A stretch of 64,000 nt of DNA from Octopus vulgaris (GCA_951406725.2 OX597843.1:14818001-14882000); one strand, 5' to 3'; positions 16,891 to 30,425 are shown, counted from the stretch's first letter. Program-made: numbers and translations. Notes: generated from the sequence alone by a model not told the origin.

Positions 16891-17741
16891 CATGGTGCAA
16901 TGGCTAAATTGTTGCCATTTTATATTTTTAATTTTGCGTATGTGCTTTGTCTGTGTTTGATTTCGTTGACAACACATCTGTGAGAAAAACAACACCGTGA
17001 TGCAATTCCCTGTGCCAGACATTTGGAAACGACATGGTGTTCGACTTGGTATTTGCACCAGAAGCTCAAATATGAACATTTCAGAGTGTTTGGGTGTCAA
17101 TCTGAGGACATTGCAATCTGAGGACATGTACCGAGAGTAATAAAGATCTAACATCCAGTCAACATCATGATGTTTGGAATGATCACTTGTGATGCTGACT
17201 TTTTGCCTCCATTCATCTTCCCACACTCAACACAGGCTTACATCAAGTGCCTAGAGGAGGTAGTGTTGCCCTGGGTCAAGAGGGTGGCTGCCAGAGACCC
17301 TATGTTTGTCAACAGGACTCAGCACCATGCCACACAAGCTGGGGAACCCAGTCATGGCTGTCAGACAATTTCTGCACCCACATCACCCCTAACATCTGGC
17401 CACTTAACTCCCCAGACTGTGACCCTCTTGATTATTATGTATGGGGCACAGTTGAGCAAGAGACTAACAAGACTTCTAGTAACACCAAGGATGATCTGAA
17501 GGCAAGGATTATGGCAGCATTCACCAACTTAAGCAAGGAGACCTTCGAGAAGAGTGGCAGGAGATTCCGAAGTCGTCTGGAGTCCGTGGTTGAAGCCAAT
17601 GGCGATTTTATTGAAGAAATTTATTCTAAGGTATTTCAAGATATTTTTATGTAATTTTGGCAAATATATCTGTTAAAATAAGATGTCAATGTTATTTTCA
17701 TTTTTGTGTAATTTAGACAACAATTTATTCATTGCAACCTG
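16891..17741 (+). mobile_element. Internally deleted DD37D (maT-family) Tc1/mariner transposon
   Basis: ~28-bp TIRs with TA flanks; QQDSAPCH...WPLNSPDCDPLDY with 37 aa between the second and third catalytic Asp. Confidence 0.9.
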
Positions 17742-17778
17742 TATATATGTGTGTGTGTATACATATATCTATTTATAT

Positions 17779-18190
17779 CCTCCTCCTGCTCCTCCTCCTA
17801 CTCCTGCTCCTGCTCCTACTCCTCCTTCTCCTCCTCCAGCTCCTCCTCCTGCTCCTGCTCCTGCTGCTGCTCTCCTCCTCCTGCACCTGCTGCTCCTGCC
17901 CCTCCATCCTCCTCCTCCTGCACCTGCTGCTCCTGCTCCTCCCTGCTCCTCCTCCTGCTCCTCCCTGCTCCTCCTCCTGCTCCTCCCTGCTCCTCCTCCT
18001 GCTCCTCCCTGCTCCTCCTCCTGCTCCTCCCTGCTCCTCCTCCTGCTCCTCCCTGCTCCTCCTCCTGCTCCTCCCTGCTCCTCCTCCTCCTGCTCCTCCC
18101 TCTTCCTCCTGCTCCTCCCTCCTCCTGCACCCCTCCTCTCTCCTCATCCCTCTTCATCCTCCTGCTCCTCCTCCTCATCATCATCACCAT
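17779..18190. repeat. (CCT/CTG)-rich minisatellite
   Basis: Repeated ctgctcctcctcctgctcctcc units. Confidence 0.92.
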
Positions 18191-18239
18191 CATCGTTCAG
18201 CCATTTCTTGGTTGTTCTATTTGGTATCGGACACCGATG

Positions 18240-18480
18240 AGGGCATAAGTTGCAGATACTGGTGTCACACAACTGGCACCCATGTCAGTGGCACATAAAA
18301 GCATCCATTATACTATATAAAGGGGTTGGCATTAGGAAGGGCGTCCAGCTGTAGAAACCTTGTCAAAATAGACTGGAGTCCGGTGCAGCATTCCAGCTTG
18401 TCAGCCCTGGTCAAACTGTCCAACCCATGCCAGCATGGACAATGGATGTTATATGATGATGATGATGATGATGATGATTA
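18240..18480 (+). mobile_element. Family D 3' end
   Basis: ggcattaggaagggcgtccagctgtagaaa, (GAT)n tail. Confidence 0.75.
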
Positions 18481-18503
18481 TGATGGTGATGATGGTGATA
18501 GAT

Positions 18504-18850
18504 AGGCACGAGCGTGGACGTGTGGCCAGAAGCTTGATTCCCAATCACACGGTTTTGGGCTCAATTCCACGTTGTGGTACTTTGGTCAAGTCTCTGCTAC
18601 TATAGCCTTGGGCTGACCAAACTCTTTTGAGAAGATTTGGTAGACAGAAACTGAAAGGGGTCCACTGTATGTGTGCGTGTGTTTGTCTTACTCCACCATT
18701 TGACTACTGGTGTTGATGTCCCCATAACTTAGTGGTCCATCAAAAGAGACTGATACAATAAGTACTCCAGTCAATTTGTTTGACTAAGATTCTTCGAGGT
18801 GATGCCCCAGCATGGCCACAGTCTAATGACTAAAACAAGTTATAGAAAAT
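18504..18850 (+). mobile_element. SINE family A (old, diverged)
   Basis: Colinear similarity to 2101-2481. Confidence 0.75.
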
Positions 18851-18871
18851 AAAAGAAGATATATGTGTGTG

Positions 18872-18996
<125 letters not shown>

Positions 18997-19004
18997 TATA
19001 TGTT

Positions 19005-19275
19005 GTTAGAAATGGTAAGACAACAAAAGAAAGAATGAAAGAGACCTTGATATTATGTAAATAGAGGAATTTATCTGTAAATATAATATGTGATAATTAT
19101 TCGGTAGCCATGATAAAACTCAGAGTTTCAGATGTCTGGGCGGACACCAACACCCACCATCTCTTCAGTTATCTGGCCATCGAAAAAGTGGCTGGATAAC
19201 TGAAGAGATGGCGGCGTGGATCTCCACCTCGACATCCGAAACTCTAAGAATTGTCACATGTCATATTTACATATA
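19005..19275. mobile_element. Family E pLTR as an inverted pair, with a hammerhead on each strand
   Basis: Arms meet at ~19180; minus-strand HHR 19112-19173, plus-strand HHR core 19195-19246. Confidence 0.75.
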
Positions 19276-19541
19276 ATCCGAATTTACATATAATCCGAAT
19301 TTTGAAATTTGCGGCCTTTGAAACATGTGTAGAAAATAATAAAAGGAATTCTGTAGAATCTTCGTTCAGCTCCATTTCTTCCCTTCACTAAATATATTAA
19401 ACTTCAATTATCTGCACTAAGGCACGGTTGCGACACCCCATGGTCGTAACTTCAACCGTGTTTTTTCTGTTGTGATTTTTGCTACCCAGGTATCGGTTAT
19501 AATTTGAATAATCCTTAACAAGATAATTCATTTATCCATTT

Positions 19542-19588
<47 letters not shown>

Positions 19589-20211
19589 TGTATGAGTTAG
19601 AGCTTAAGCAACCACCAAAGGGATAATAAATATCCAGTATACTGCTGGATGTATACCTACACATTTATATCCAAGTACCTACTATTGCATACTAATGAAT
19701 ACTAGGTATGAGTGGAGGTAAAACAGAAGTTTACCCAGGATTTATGAGGCAAATTTTCCTTATATTTATATATATATGTGTGTGTATATATATGTGCATA
19801 TATATACACACACACATATAGATATATATACACACATATTCATATGTATATAGATATGTGAGTGTGTGTGTATGTGTATGTATGTGTGTGTATATATATA
19901 TATTTATTAAAAATTACATAAATAAAAAATAAAAAAGAATAAAAATAAAAATAAATATATATATATATATATATATATAAATTTATAAAAATAAATTAAT
20001 AATTTTTAATTTTTAACTTTAAATTTAAATAATTTAGATTTTAAATTTTGTATTTTATATATTTTGTATATTATATTAATTATTTTTATTTCTATGTTTT
20101 GGTTTATGTTTTTCACAGTTTGATTTGCCTAATAGTGGTTTTATCTCTAATTTAATTTATATATATATATATATATATATATAGATAGATAGATATGTGT
20201 GTATGTGTATG

Positions 20212-20249
<38 letters not shown>

Positions 20250-20254
<5 letters not shown>

Positions 20255-20612
20255 ACGATGATGGCCGTCCACTCGTGACCGAGGAAGATCATTGCCGACC
20301 TTCAGGAACATTGTGTGCTCTAGGACTAACTTATATTTTGCATTTGCGGCTCCATTGGTGGCTGAACAGCCCTGCTGTTGACAAGCATACATGACTGCAA
20401 ACATTGCAGACCAAGCTTTCCCCATTCACTATACGAGCTGTGCGCTTTTGCGCAGCTCGCTTAAGTTCTTCATGCTGGATACGTGCTCCCTCAAAAGTTT
20501 CGATCCCCTCCTTAACCTGCTTCCTCCATCTGTGGCAATGACAGGCATTGTTCTCCCAGTCAGTGTCCTGCATAACACAGGCCTTTATTGAGGACTTGAC
20601 ACAGTCCTTAAA
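20250..20612 (-). pseudogene. RTE LINE 3' end (C-terminal C2H2-like finger, (CAT)n tail)
   Basis: WRKQVKEGIETFE...LVCNVCSHVCLSTAGLFSH. Confidence 0.8.
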
Positions 20613-20666
20613 TATTTTGTTTCATATTTATATTTGCATTTTATATTTTTACAATTGTACTTTATA

Positions 20667-20802
20667 ATCTCTGATGAGGCCTTGGGATATATATATATAT
20701 ATATATAAGTAACTCATTTTTAAGTGCATATTACCTCAATACATCTGACTAATATGGGTACAATGAGATACCTTTATCTACAGGCTGAAACAGCTGTAAG
20801 AT
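20667..20802 (+). ncRNA. Type I hammerhead ribozyme with a long helix II containing a (TA)n expansion
   Basis: ATCT-CTGATGA-GGCCT...AGGCT-GAAA-CAGCTG-TA-AGAT. Confidence 0.75.
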
Positions 20803-21039
20803 CCATTTTATATGTATTATTTTTATGGTATTATCTTACTTATTGATGTATATTGTTTTATTCTGTTGGATTTGGATGTTCCTATTTAAGTAGTTAATAA
20901 ATAATATGAATTGGTATTATCTGTAAGTTGATGATTGAAAGGAACCTGTTCCTCCATTTTCTTATTTGTATATATGTATATATATATATATATATATATA
21001 CCCACGCATACATATATTTATATTTATATACACATATAT

Positions 21040-21212
21040 ACCTATTGGCTTCCACAGTTTCCGTCTACCAAATTCACTCACAAATCTTGGTGATCAGCAA
21101 TAGAAGACATTTGCCCATGATGACAGAAACACACATAGACACGCAGTGGGATTGAACCGAAAGCCATATGTTTGCCATTGTTAGCTTCTCAACCTCACAG
21201 CCAGGCCTGCAC
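21040..21212 (-). mobile_element. SINE family A 5' portion
   Basis: cagtttccgtctaccaaattcactcaca..gcagtgggattgaacc. Confidence 0.7.
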
Positions 21213-21419
21213 AGAAACCGAAATAAAAATTAATGATACCAAACATTTTAAAATTATGCGTTATGCAACTAACAATATTATTAGATTAATTTGCTGGCAA
21301 CTAAAGCAAATGAGAATTAAAATTTTTGAGAATAATTTTTGAAGACAAAATTGTTTTAAAAATTGGTGAAAATAAATTAAAATTAAAAGGAATAAAAGAA
21401 TGTATAAGGAGAAACAAGA

Positions 21420-22985
21420 GGAAGGACACATTTGATAATGTAGTCCCAGATACACTATGCCAGATTAAAAGGCAGAATGGTCACCAATGGAACATCTTTG
21501 ATCATAGGTTTGCTGGATTGAGACTGACCTAGGGCTAAACAACAATGACAAAGAAGGACACATTAGATAATGTAGTCCTAGATACACTATGCCAGAATAA
21601 AAGACAGGATGGTCACCACTGGAATATCTTTGATCATAGGTTTGCTGGATCAGGACTGACCTGGGGCTAAATAACAATGACAAAGAAGGACACATTTGAT
21701 AATGTAGTCCTAGATACACTATGCCAGAATAAAAGGCAGGATGGTCACCACTGGAACATCTTTGATCATAGGTTTGCTGGATCGAGACTGACCTGGGGCT
21801 AAACAACAATGACAAAGGACACATTTGATAATGTAGTCCTAGATACACTAAGCCAGAATGAAAGGCAGGATGGTCACCACTGGAACATCTTTGATCATAG
21901 GTTTGCTGGATCGAGACTGACCTGGGGCTAAACAACAATGACAAAGGACACATTTGATAATGTAGTCCTAGATACACTAAGTCAGAATAGAAGACAGGAT
22001 GGTCACAGGTGGAACATCTTTGATCATAGGTTTGCTGGATCAGGACTGACCTGGGGCTAAACAACAATGACAAAGAAGGACACATTAGATAATGTAGTCC
22101 TAGATACACTATGCCAGAATGAAAGGCAGGATGGTCACCACTGGAACATCTTTGATCATAGGTTTGCTGGATCAGGACTGACCTGGGGCTAAACAACAAT
22201 GACAAAGAAGGACACATTAGATAATGTAGTCCTAGATACACTATGCCAGAATGAAAGGCAGGATGGTCACACTGGAACATCTTTGATCATAGGTTTGCTG
22301 GATCAGGACTGACCTGGGGCTAAACAACAATGACAAAGAAGGACACATTAGATAATGTAGTCCTAGATACACTATGCCAGAATGAAAGGCAGGATGGTCA
22401 CCACTGGAACATCTTTGATCATAGGTTTGCTGGATCAGGACTGACCTGGGGCTAAACAACAATGACAAAGAAGGACACATTAGATAATGTAGTCCTAGAT
22501 ACACTATGCCAGAATGAAAGGCAGGATGGTCACCACTGGAACATCTTTGATCATAGGTTTGCTGGATCAGGACTGACCTGGGGCTAAACAACAATGACAA
22601 AGAAGGACACATTGATAATGTAGTCCTAGATACACTATGCCAGAATGAAAGGCAGGATGGTCACACTGGAACATCTTTGATCATAGGTTTGCTGGATCAG
22701 GACTGACCTGGGGCTAAACAACAATGACAAAGAAGGACACATTAGATAATGTAGTCCTAGATACACTATGCCAGAATAAAAGACAGGATGGTCACCACTG
22801 GAATATCTTTGATCATAGGTTTGCTGGATCAGGACTGACCTGGGGCTAAACAACAATGACAAAGAAGGACACATTAGATAATGTAGTCCTAGATACACTA
22901 AGCCAGAATAAAAGACAGGATGGTCACAGGTGGAACATCTTTGATCATAGGTCTGCTGGATCAGGACTGACCTGGGGCTAAACAA
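21420..22985. repeat. Tandem array of 12 x ~132-bp units
   Basis: ggacacatt starts at 21424, 21556, 21688, 21817, 21946, 22078, 22210, 22341, 22473, 22605, 22735, 22867. Confidence 0.97.
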
Positions 22986-23401
22986 GAAAAATACTAATAA
23001 CCACATCATTAGTAGCAGCAGCAGCGGCACCAACAACAACAACAACAACACAAACATCATCATCATCATCATGATCACATTTGTCATCATTTTAACTGCT
23101 GCTGCTGCTGCCACCACTTCTCACTACAACCACCCCCACCACCACCACCACCACCACCACCGTCACCGCCGCCTCCGCCTCCGCCCCCACCGCCGCCCCC
23201 ACCGCCGCCGCCAGAAGCGCCACCACCGATGGACACATTAAAAGATGGCAAGAGACAAGTAGCAAACGTTTCATTGGTTAATTGAAAAGTCTCTCCTTCA
23301 AGAAACAGTTTAGAAAAAACAAACAAAACACATAAAAAAACACACATAAACATATATATAAGCACGTGCACACACACACACACAAACCCTATACATATAT
23401 G

Positions 23402-23435
<34 letters not shown>

Positions 23436-23889
23436 TATATATATATGCTAAATGTATGAATATATACATGTATATATATGTATGAATGTATAAAAAATAT
23501 AACGCTAAGATCTATGGTCATTTCTTTTATGTATAATCACAGCTTCGCAATTGTGGAATATTTATATATACACACACACATAGACATATATACATATATA
23601 AATATACATACATATATATACATATATATATATACATACATATATATACACATATATATATACATATATATACATATATATATATATATGTATGTATGTA
23701 TGTATGTATACATTTATATATGTGTGTGTATATATACACTGTATACATACATGTGTATGCATGTGTGTTTAAAAATGTTATATACATTTGAATGCTTCTA
23801 GTGTGTCTCTTAATGGATTTCGGAAACCTTAAGCCTTATAACAACAACATGTGACTTACTGATGAGTTGTGTTTCTCTCTACAGCTGTA

Positions 23890-24115
23890 AATGCATACAT
23901 ACATATATACATACATTCATACATATATACATATATACATATATACATACATACATACATTCATACATATATACATACATACATACATACATACATACAT
24001 ACATTCATACATATATACATACATTCATACATACATATATACATACATTCATACATATATACATACATACATACATACATACATACATACATACATACAT
24101 ACATACATACATACA

Positions 24116-24149
<34 letters not shown>

Positions 24150-24273
24150 CATACATACATACATTCATACATATATACATACATTCATACATACATATAC
24201 ATACATTCATACATATATACATACATACATACATTCATACATACATACATACATACATACATACATACATACA

Positions 24274-24335
<62 letters not shown>

Positions 24336-24437
24336 CATACATTCATACATACATATATACATACATTCATACATATATACATACATATATACATACATAC
24401 ATACATACATATATACATACATACATACATACATACA

Positions 24438-24471
<34 letters not shown>

Positions 24472-24497
24472 CATACATACATACATACATATATACA

Positions 24498-24531
<34 letters not shown>

Positions 24532-24953
24532 CATACATATATACATATATACATACATACATACATTCATACATATATACATACATACATACATACATAT
24601 ATACATATATACATACATATATACATATATACATACATACATACATTCATACATACATACATACATGCATGCATACATACATATATACATATATACATAT
24701 ATACATACATACATACATACATACATACATACATACATACTTACATACATACATACTTACATACATACATATATACATACATTCATACATACATTCATAC
24801 ATACATACATACATACATACATACATACATACATACATACATACATACATACATACATACATACATACTTACATACATACATATATACATACATTCATAC
24901 ATACATACATACATACATACATACATACATACATACATACATACATACATACA

Positions 24954-24987
<34 letters not shown>

Positions 24988-25173
24988 CATACATACATAT
25001 ATACATACATACATACATACATACATACATACATACATACATACTTACATACATACATACATACATACATACTTACATACATACATACATACTTACATAC
25101 ATACACACATACATACATACATACATACATACATACATACATACATACATACATACATACATACATACATACA

Positions 25174-25207
<34 letters not shown>

Positions 25208-25389
25208 CATATATACATACATATATACATACATACATTCATACATACATACATACATACATATATACATACATACATATATACATATATACATACATAT
25301 ATACATACATACATACATTCATACATACATACATACATACATATATACATACATACATATATACATATATACATACATATATACATACA

Positions 25390-25423
<34 letters not shown>

Positions 25424-25690
25424 CACACATACATACATACATACATACATACATACATACATACATACATACATACATACATACATACATACGTACATAC
25501 ATACATACTTACATACATACATACATACATACATATATACATATATACATACATATATACATACATACATTCATACATACATACATACATACATATATAC
25601 ATACATACATATATACATATATACATACATATATACATACATACATACATACATACATACATACATACTTACATACATACATATACGTAT
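23890..25690. repeat. ~1.8-kb (CATA)n microsatellite
   Basis: Directly visible. Confidence 0.97.
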
Positions 25691-25701
25691 ATTTACATAT
25701 A

Positions 25702-25740
<39 letters not shown>

Positions 25741-25985
25741 GTACATACATACACACATATATATACATGGATATATATGTACATGTATGATGATGATGAT
25801 ATATGCATACATGTGTATATATATATATGTGTGTGTGTGTGAGTGTGTGTGTGTGTATACATATTCATTTATTCTTCTACTTGTTTCAGTCATTTTGACT
25901 GTGGTCATGCTGGAGCAACGTCTCTCTGCCTCTCTCCCTCTCCCTCTTATATGTGTGTGTGTGTGTGTCTGTATGTGTATGTATG

Positions 25986-26019
<34 letters not shown>

Positions 26020-26059
26020 TGTATGTATGCATACATGTATGTATGTATGTATGTATATA

Positions 26060-26429
26060 TATATATAATATAAATAATATATATATATATGCATATATAC
26101 ATACATATACATACCTACATATATATGCATATATACATGCATATACATACCTACATCTATATGTATATATACATGCATATATCGGTACAGGACATCGAAA
26201 CAACGTTGAACACAATGTGGAGGGTGAAAGTGAGAACAAGACTGTAAAAAGAAACGGTGAGGGCTGTGAAGCGAAGACGATAGAAAATTATGATGACCGC
26301 TTTGACGATGAGCTTGTCTAGTTGATGTCCTGTACCGATATATGCATGTATATATACATATAGATGTAGGTATGTACATATATGTATGTATATATGCATA
26401 TATTTATATATTATTTATATTATTATATA
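26060..26429. mobile_element. Small element with long inverted termini (MITE-like)
   Basis: catacctacatctatatgtatatatacatgcatatatcggtacaggacatc and its exact inverse at 26324-26375. Confidence 0.6.
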
Positions 26430-26479
26430 AGGAGGTGGATACACCTTTTTTTGGAAGGGGAGGCAGAAGGGGGAGCGCA

Positions 26480-27360
26480 GAGAGACTGGTGTTGGCTTTG
26501 CAGTTCGATCTGACATCCTTAAGAAGTTGCACCTGAAAGGTGGGTGGTTTAATACTCTAATAATTGCCTGTGCACCTACTTTGACTAGCTGCGATGAAGA
26601 TAAAGCTATATTTTATACCCAGCTGAGAGCCATGCTTAGGAAAATCCCTAAGCCATTCTACTGGGAGATTTCAATGCCAGGATTGGAACAGACTGGCAAA
26701 CATGGAACTTTCTAGGATGTTTTGGTGTGGGGAAAATGAGCAGTGGTCTCATGCTGCCGGAGCTTTCCGATGAACATGGAGTTTACATCGCAGGCACTCA
26801 TTTGATGCACAAAGGGGATCACACAACAACGTGGATGCATCCAAGGTCTAAAGTTTGGCACTTGCTGGATTATGTCATCATCCGCAAGCGCGACATTTAT
26901 GACATCTGTAATGTCAAGTCCTTGCATGGATCAGAATGCTGGACAGCCCACAATCTGTTGCGAGCAAAGTTCCGGATGATGATTAGAGTGAAAGAGAGAA
27001 GAGGACCAGTTGGCATTCCTCAGTATCTGAATGTCCACAAGATATATGATGTTGTGTTGAGGAAAGAGCTTCAGACTCACCTGTCCAGCATTAAAAATAC
27101 AACAGCATGGGAAGATTTTCGAGATCAGGTTGTTCAATGTGCAGCCGAAACCCTGGGGTATGCTACTGCCAGACACAGGTTTGATGAAAACGATGCTGAA
27201 GTTCAATGACCATTGGCCGTAAAGCGCCATGCCCACAATGTATTGCTACAGAGAGGACTTTCAACTTAAATGGGAGGATCTTGCTGGTGATGCAAATGAC
27301 AGCAAGAAGCTTTACCATCTTATGAAGCAAGTTTATGGGCCTAAGAGCTCTGTATTTCAA
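26480..27360 (+). pseudogene. RTE LINE AP-endonuclease region pseudogene
   Basis: GVGFAV, APT, GDFNA, TTWMHPRSKVWHLLDYVI, ECWTAH motifs with frameshifts. Confidence 0.9.
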
Positions 27361-27540
27361 AGGGACCAGCTTGGTCACATTCTGAGTCACACTGAATCTG
27401 AGTCATGTTGAATTTGCCTGAGAACTACATTAAGGGTGCATGTGTCTGTGGAGTACTCAGCCATTTGCATGAGCAGGCTGTTCCGTTGATTGGATCAACT
27501 GAAATCCTCGTCATCACAGCTGATGGGATAAAAAAAACAA

Positions 27541-27846
27541 ACTAACTGTTCCTTCTCAAACCATGCCTGGCTTGTAAGGGCCAGTTTCCTGGTTTCCTTG
27601 GCGTATAGGTTTCCCCACCTGGACGGGACGCCGGTCCATCACAGGTGAGCTGCAAGATGCAGGAGGAAAGAAGGAGAGAAAGTTGTGGTGAAAGAGTCAG
27701 CAGAAGTTCGCCATTATTTTCTGCCAGAGCCGCGTGGAGCTTAGGTGTTTCGCTTATAAACACACACATCACCCGGTCTGAGATTCAAACCCATGATCCC
27801 TCGACCGCAAGTCCACTGCTCTAACCACTAGGCCATGGGCCTCCAT
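27541..27846 (-). mobile_element. SINE with family B head and a different tail
   Basis: Minus strand tggcctagtggttagagcagtggac head; tail cctgtgatggaccggcgtcccgtccagg. Confidence 0.8.
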
Positions 27847-27946
27847 GATGGGATGCTCCTTTATATATATAAAGACTAAAATAAAATAGAGTCATATGAC
27901 TGACATAAATTCATTAACATTATAATATAATCTTAATGTAATATAA

Positions 27947-28380
27947 TATTGTTATATTTCGGAATGGTCATTTTGCCAGTTTAGCCAATAAAAACACACG
28001 CACTATATATTTGGTGTTACTTTGCTTCAGCGTTATTTATATTTTACATTAATCTTAATCTTATTTTGGCCAGAGTTCTTTCGTCACACTCCTGTGGCCT
28101 CATCAGTGGTCCTTTGCTTTCTTCTCTCTTATTTGTGTGTCTCTCCTTACTAACCATCAGCTATTCAAAATAGTTAGTAAGGAGAGACACACAAATAAGA
28201 AAGAAGAAAGCAAAGGACCACTGATGAGGTCACAGGAGTGTGACGAAACAACTCTGGCCGAAATAAGATTAAGATTAATGTAAAATATAAATAACACTGA
28301 AGCAAAATAACACCAAATATATAGTGCGTGTGTTTTTATTGGCTAAACTGGCAAAATGACCATTCCGAAATATAACAATA
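27947..28380. mobile_element. ~208-bp-arm inverted repeat of a PLE-type pLTR carrying hammerhead-like motifs
   Basis: Arms 27947-28154 and 28173-28380; single copy at 52021-52227; CCA-CTGATGA-gGTCAC..GTGAC-GAAA. Confidence 0.8.
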
Positions 28381-28719
28381 TCTGTTTCAACACACGACTT
28401 CACATAAAAAATCTTTCACAACAAATATATAAACGTAGTAATATAATATATTATAAACAAAGTAACCAGTTATAAAATCTGAAGAAGTGGATCTTTGTTT
28501 TCACTCCATTTGTGCACACAGCAGACGAAGAGGTAACTGGCTTGAAACTCGGCCTGTCCCACAATCCTGTTAACTGATGGAGGTTAGTAGGGGTTCACTC
28601 CCGCTGCTAGCAATATATTCTATATAAAGGGTGCAGGACTGCATCAAAAACCAGCTGGCGGGGAATCTGCCTGCCGTTAAACAAGTTTTCGCTTATGAAA
28701 ACAAATGTGTGTCCTACAA

Positions 28720-28939
28720 CTTATTTACTCTTTTACTCTTTTACTTGTTTCAGTCATTCGACTGCGGCCATGCTGGAGCACCGCCTTTAGTCGAGCAACT
28801 CGACCCCGGGACTTATTCTTTGTAAGCCCAGTACTTATTCTATCGGTCTCTTTTGCCGAACCGCTAAGTTACGGGGACATAAACACACCAGCATCGGTTG
28901 TCAAGTAATGCTAGGGGGACAAACACAGACACACACACA

Positions 28940-28988
<49 letters not shown>

Positions 28989-29152
28989 CAACGGGCTTCT
29001 TTCAGTTTCCGTCTACCAAATCCACTCACAAGGCATTGGTCGACCCGAGGCTATAGTAGAAGACACTTGCCCAAGATGCCACGCAGTGGGACTGAACCTG
29101 GAACCATGTGGTTGGTAAACAAACAACTTACCACACAGCCACTCCTGCGCCT
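28720..29152 (-). mobile_element. SINE family A, full length
   Basis: Reverse complement of 2101-2481. Confidence 0.9.
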
Positions 29153-29419
29153 ATATTTGATTCATATTTAATAATGAATTTATAAAAAGTTCCCCTTCAT
29201 GGATATGAATGTCATCAGGGTAATATTTACCAAAAAACAGACAAACTTCCATGCAAGGATTGCTAGCTTATAATGTGGCAGGTCAGCTTATTAGACGTAC
29301 AGCAAGGTTATGCCAAACTCATAACCCCCTGGGACTGTTATGACTGCCTCTCCCTAAAAAGTTTCAGTACTTCTGGAATGTACCTCATGTGTTTATGTGT
29401 ACATTATGTCTGTATATTA

Positions 29420-29810
29420 CACACATAAAAGGCTTCCACACAGTTTTCATTGATCCAATTCACTCTGAAAGCATCGGTCAGTTTGGTACTATAGTACAAG
29501 ACACTTGCCCCAGATGCCACACTGTGGGATGGAACCTGAGGCCATGTGGTGAGCAAGCAAGTTTCTTAACGACCCAGCTACGATGTTTTGATTATATTCT
29601 TTTATTCTGTTACTTGCTTCAGTCATTTGACTTTGGCCATGCTGGAGCACCACCTCGAAGGGTTTTAGGTGAACAAATTGACCACACGACTTTTCTTTAA
29701 GCCAAGGATTTATTCTATTGGTCACTTTGGTTGAACCATGAAGTTATGGGGACATAAACACACCAACACCGACTGTCAAGTCGTAATGAGGAGACAGATG
29801 TAAAGGCACA
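29420..29810 (-). mobile_element. Two degenerate SINE family A fragments
   Basis: agacacttgccc..gggatggaacc; tacttgcttcagtcatttgac..gccatgctggagcacc. Confidence 0.7.
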
Positions 29811-29959
29811 CGTATATATACATATACACATACATACATATATATATATATATTATGTATGTATATATATATATACGGGTGATGACAGCAGAGCTATGTT
29901 GGTGGTGCATCCGGAATTTGCCTCCCTGAGCAGTTGCACATATTGCACCTCAACTCCTT

Positions 29960-30425
29960 GCGTTTAATGGCATATAGGATGTGTTCAAGGGAAGGTTGGA
30001 CAGGACCACCCTCATCAACAGTACAGTTCTGCCTGCAATGTTATAAGGTAGTGAAACATGGGCTACCACGAAGACAGAAGAGCAAAGACTGGTAACGGCT
30101 CAAAGAGCCATGGAAAGGTCAATGTTTAGTATCTCGCTGAGAGAGCACATCAGTAGCGAGATCATCAGAAAGAAGTCTGGCGTGAGAGATGTCATCGCAG
30201 AGTATACACGCAGCAAGTTTAGATGGGCTGGACACGTCGCCCGGCTCACCGATAATCGGTGGAACCACGCAGTCGTCGAGTGGTACCCAAGCAAACAGAA
30301 ACGACCATCCGGAAGACCTCCACGATGGTGGAGTTACGATTTCAGGAGGACGATTGGGATCACATGGATGAGAAAGGCGCAATCCAGAGAGGATCAAATG
30401 GACGCCCGACGGACTGGTCGGTGAA
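29960..30425 (+). pseudogene. RTE LINE RT C-terminal region
   Basis: NSTVLPAML*GSETW..QRAMERSM..KFRWAGHVARLTDNRW..GRPPRWW. Confidence 0.9.

Noticed and set aside
17683-18298. Pro/Leu/Ser-rich ORFs
   Set aside because: Products of a CCT/CTG minisatellite open in nearly all frames.
21420-22985. CRISPR array or tandem zinc-finger gene
   Set aside because: No unique spacers and a eukaryotic context; the Cys/His spacing does not fit C2H2; no hammerhead core found in the unit.
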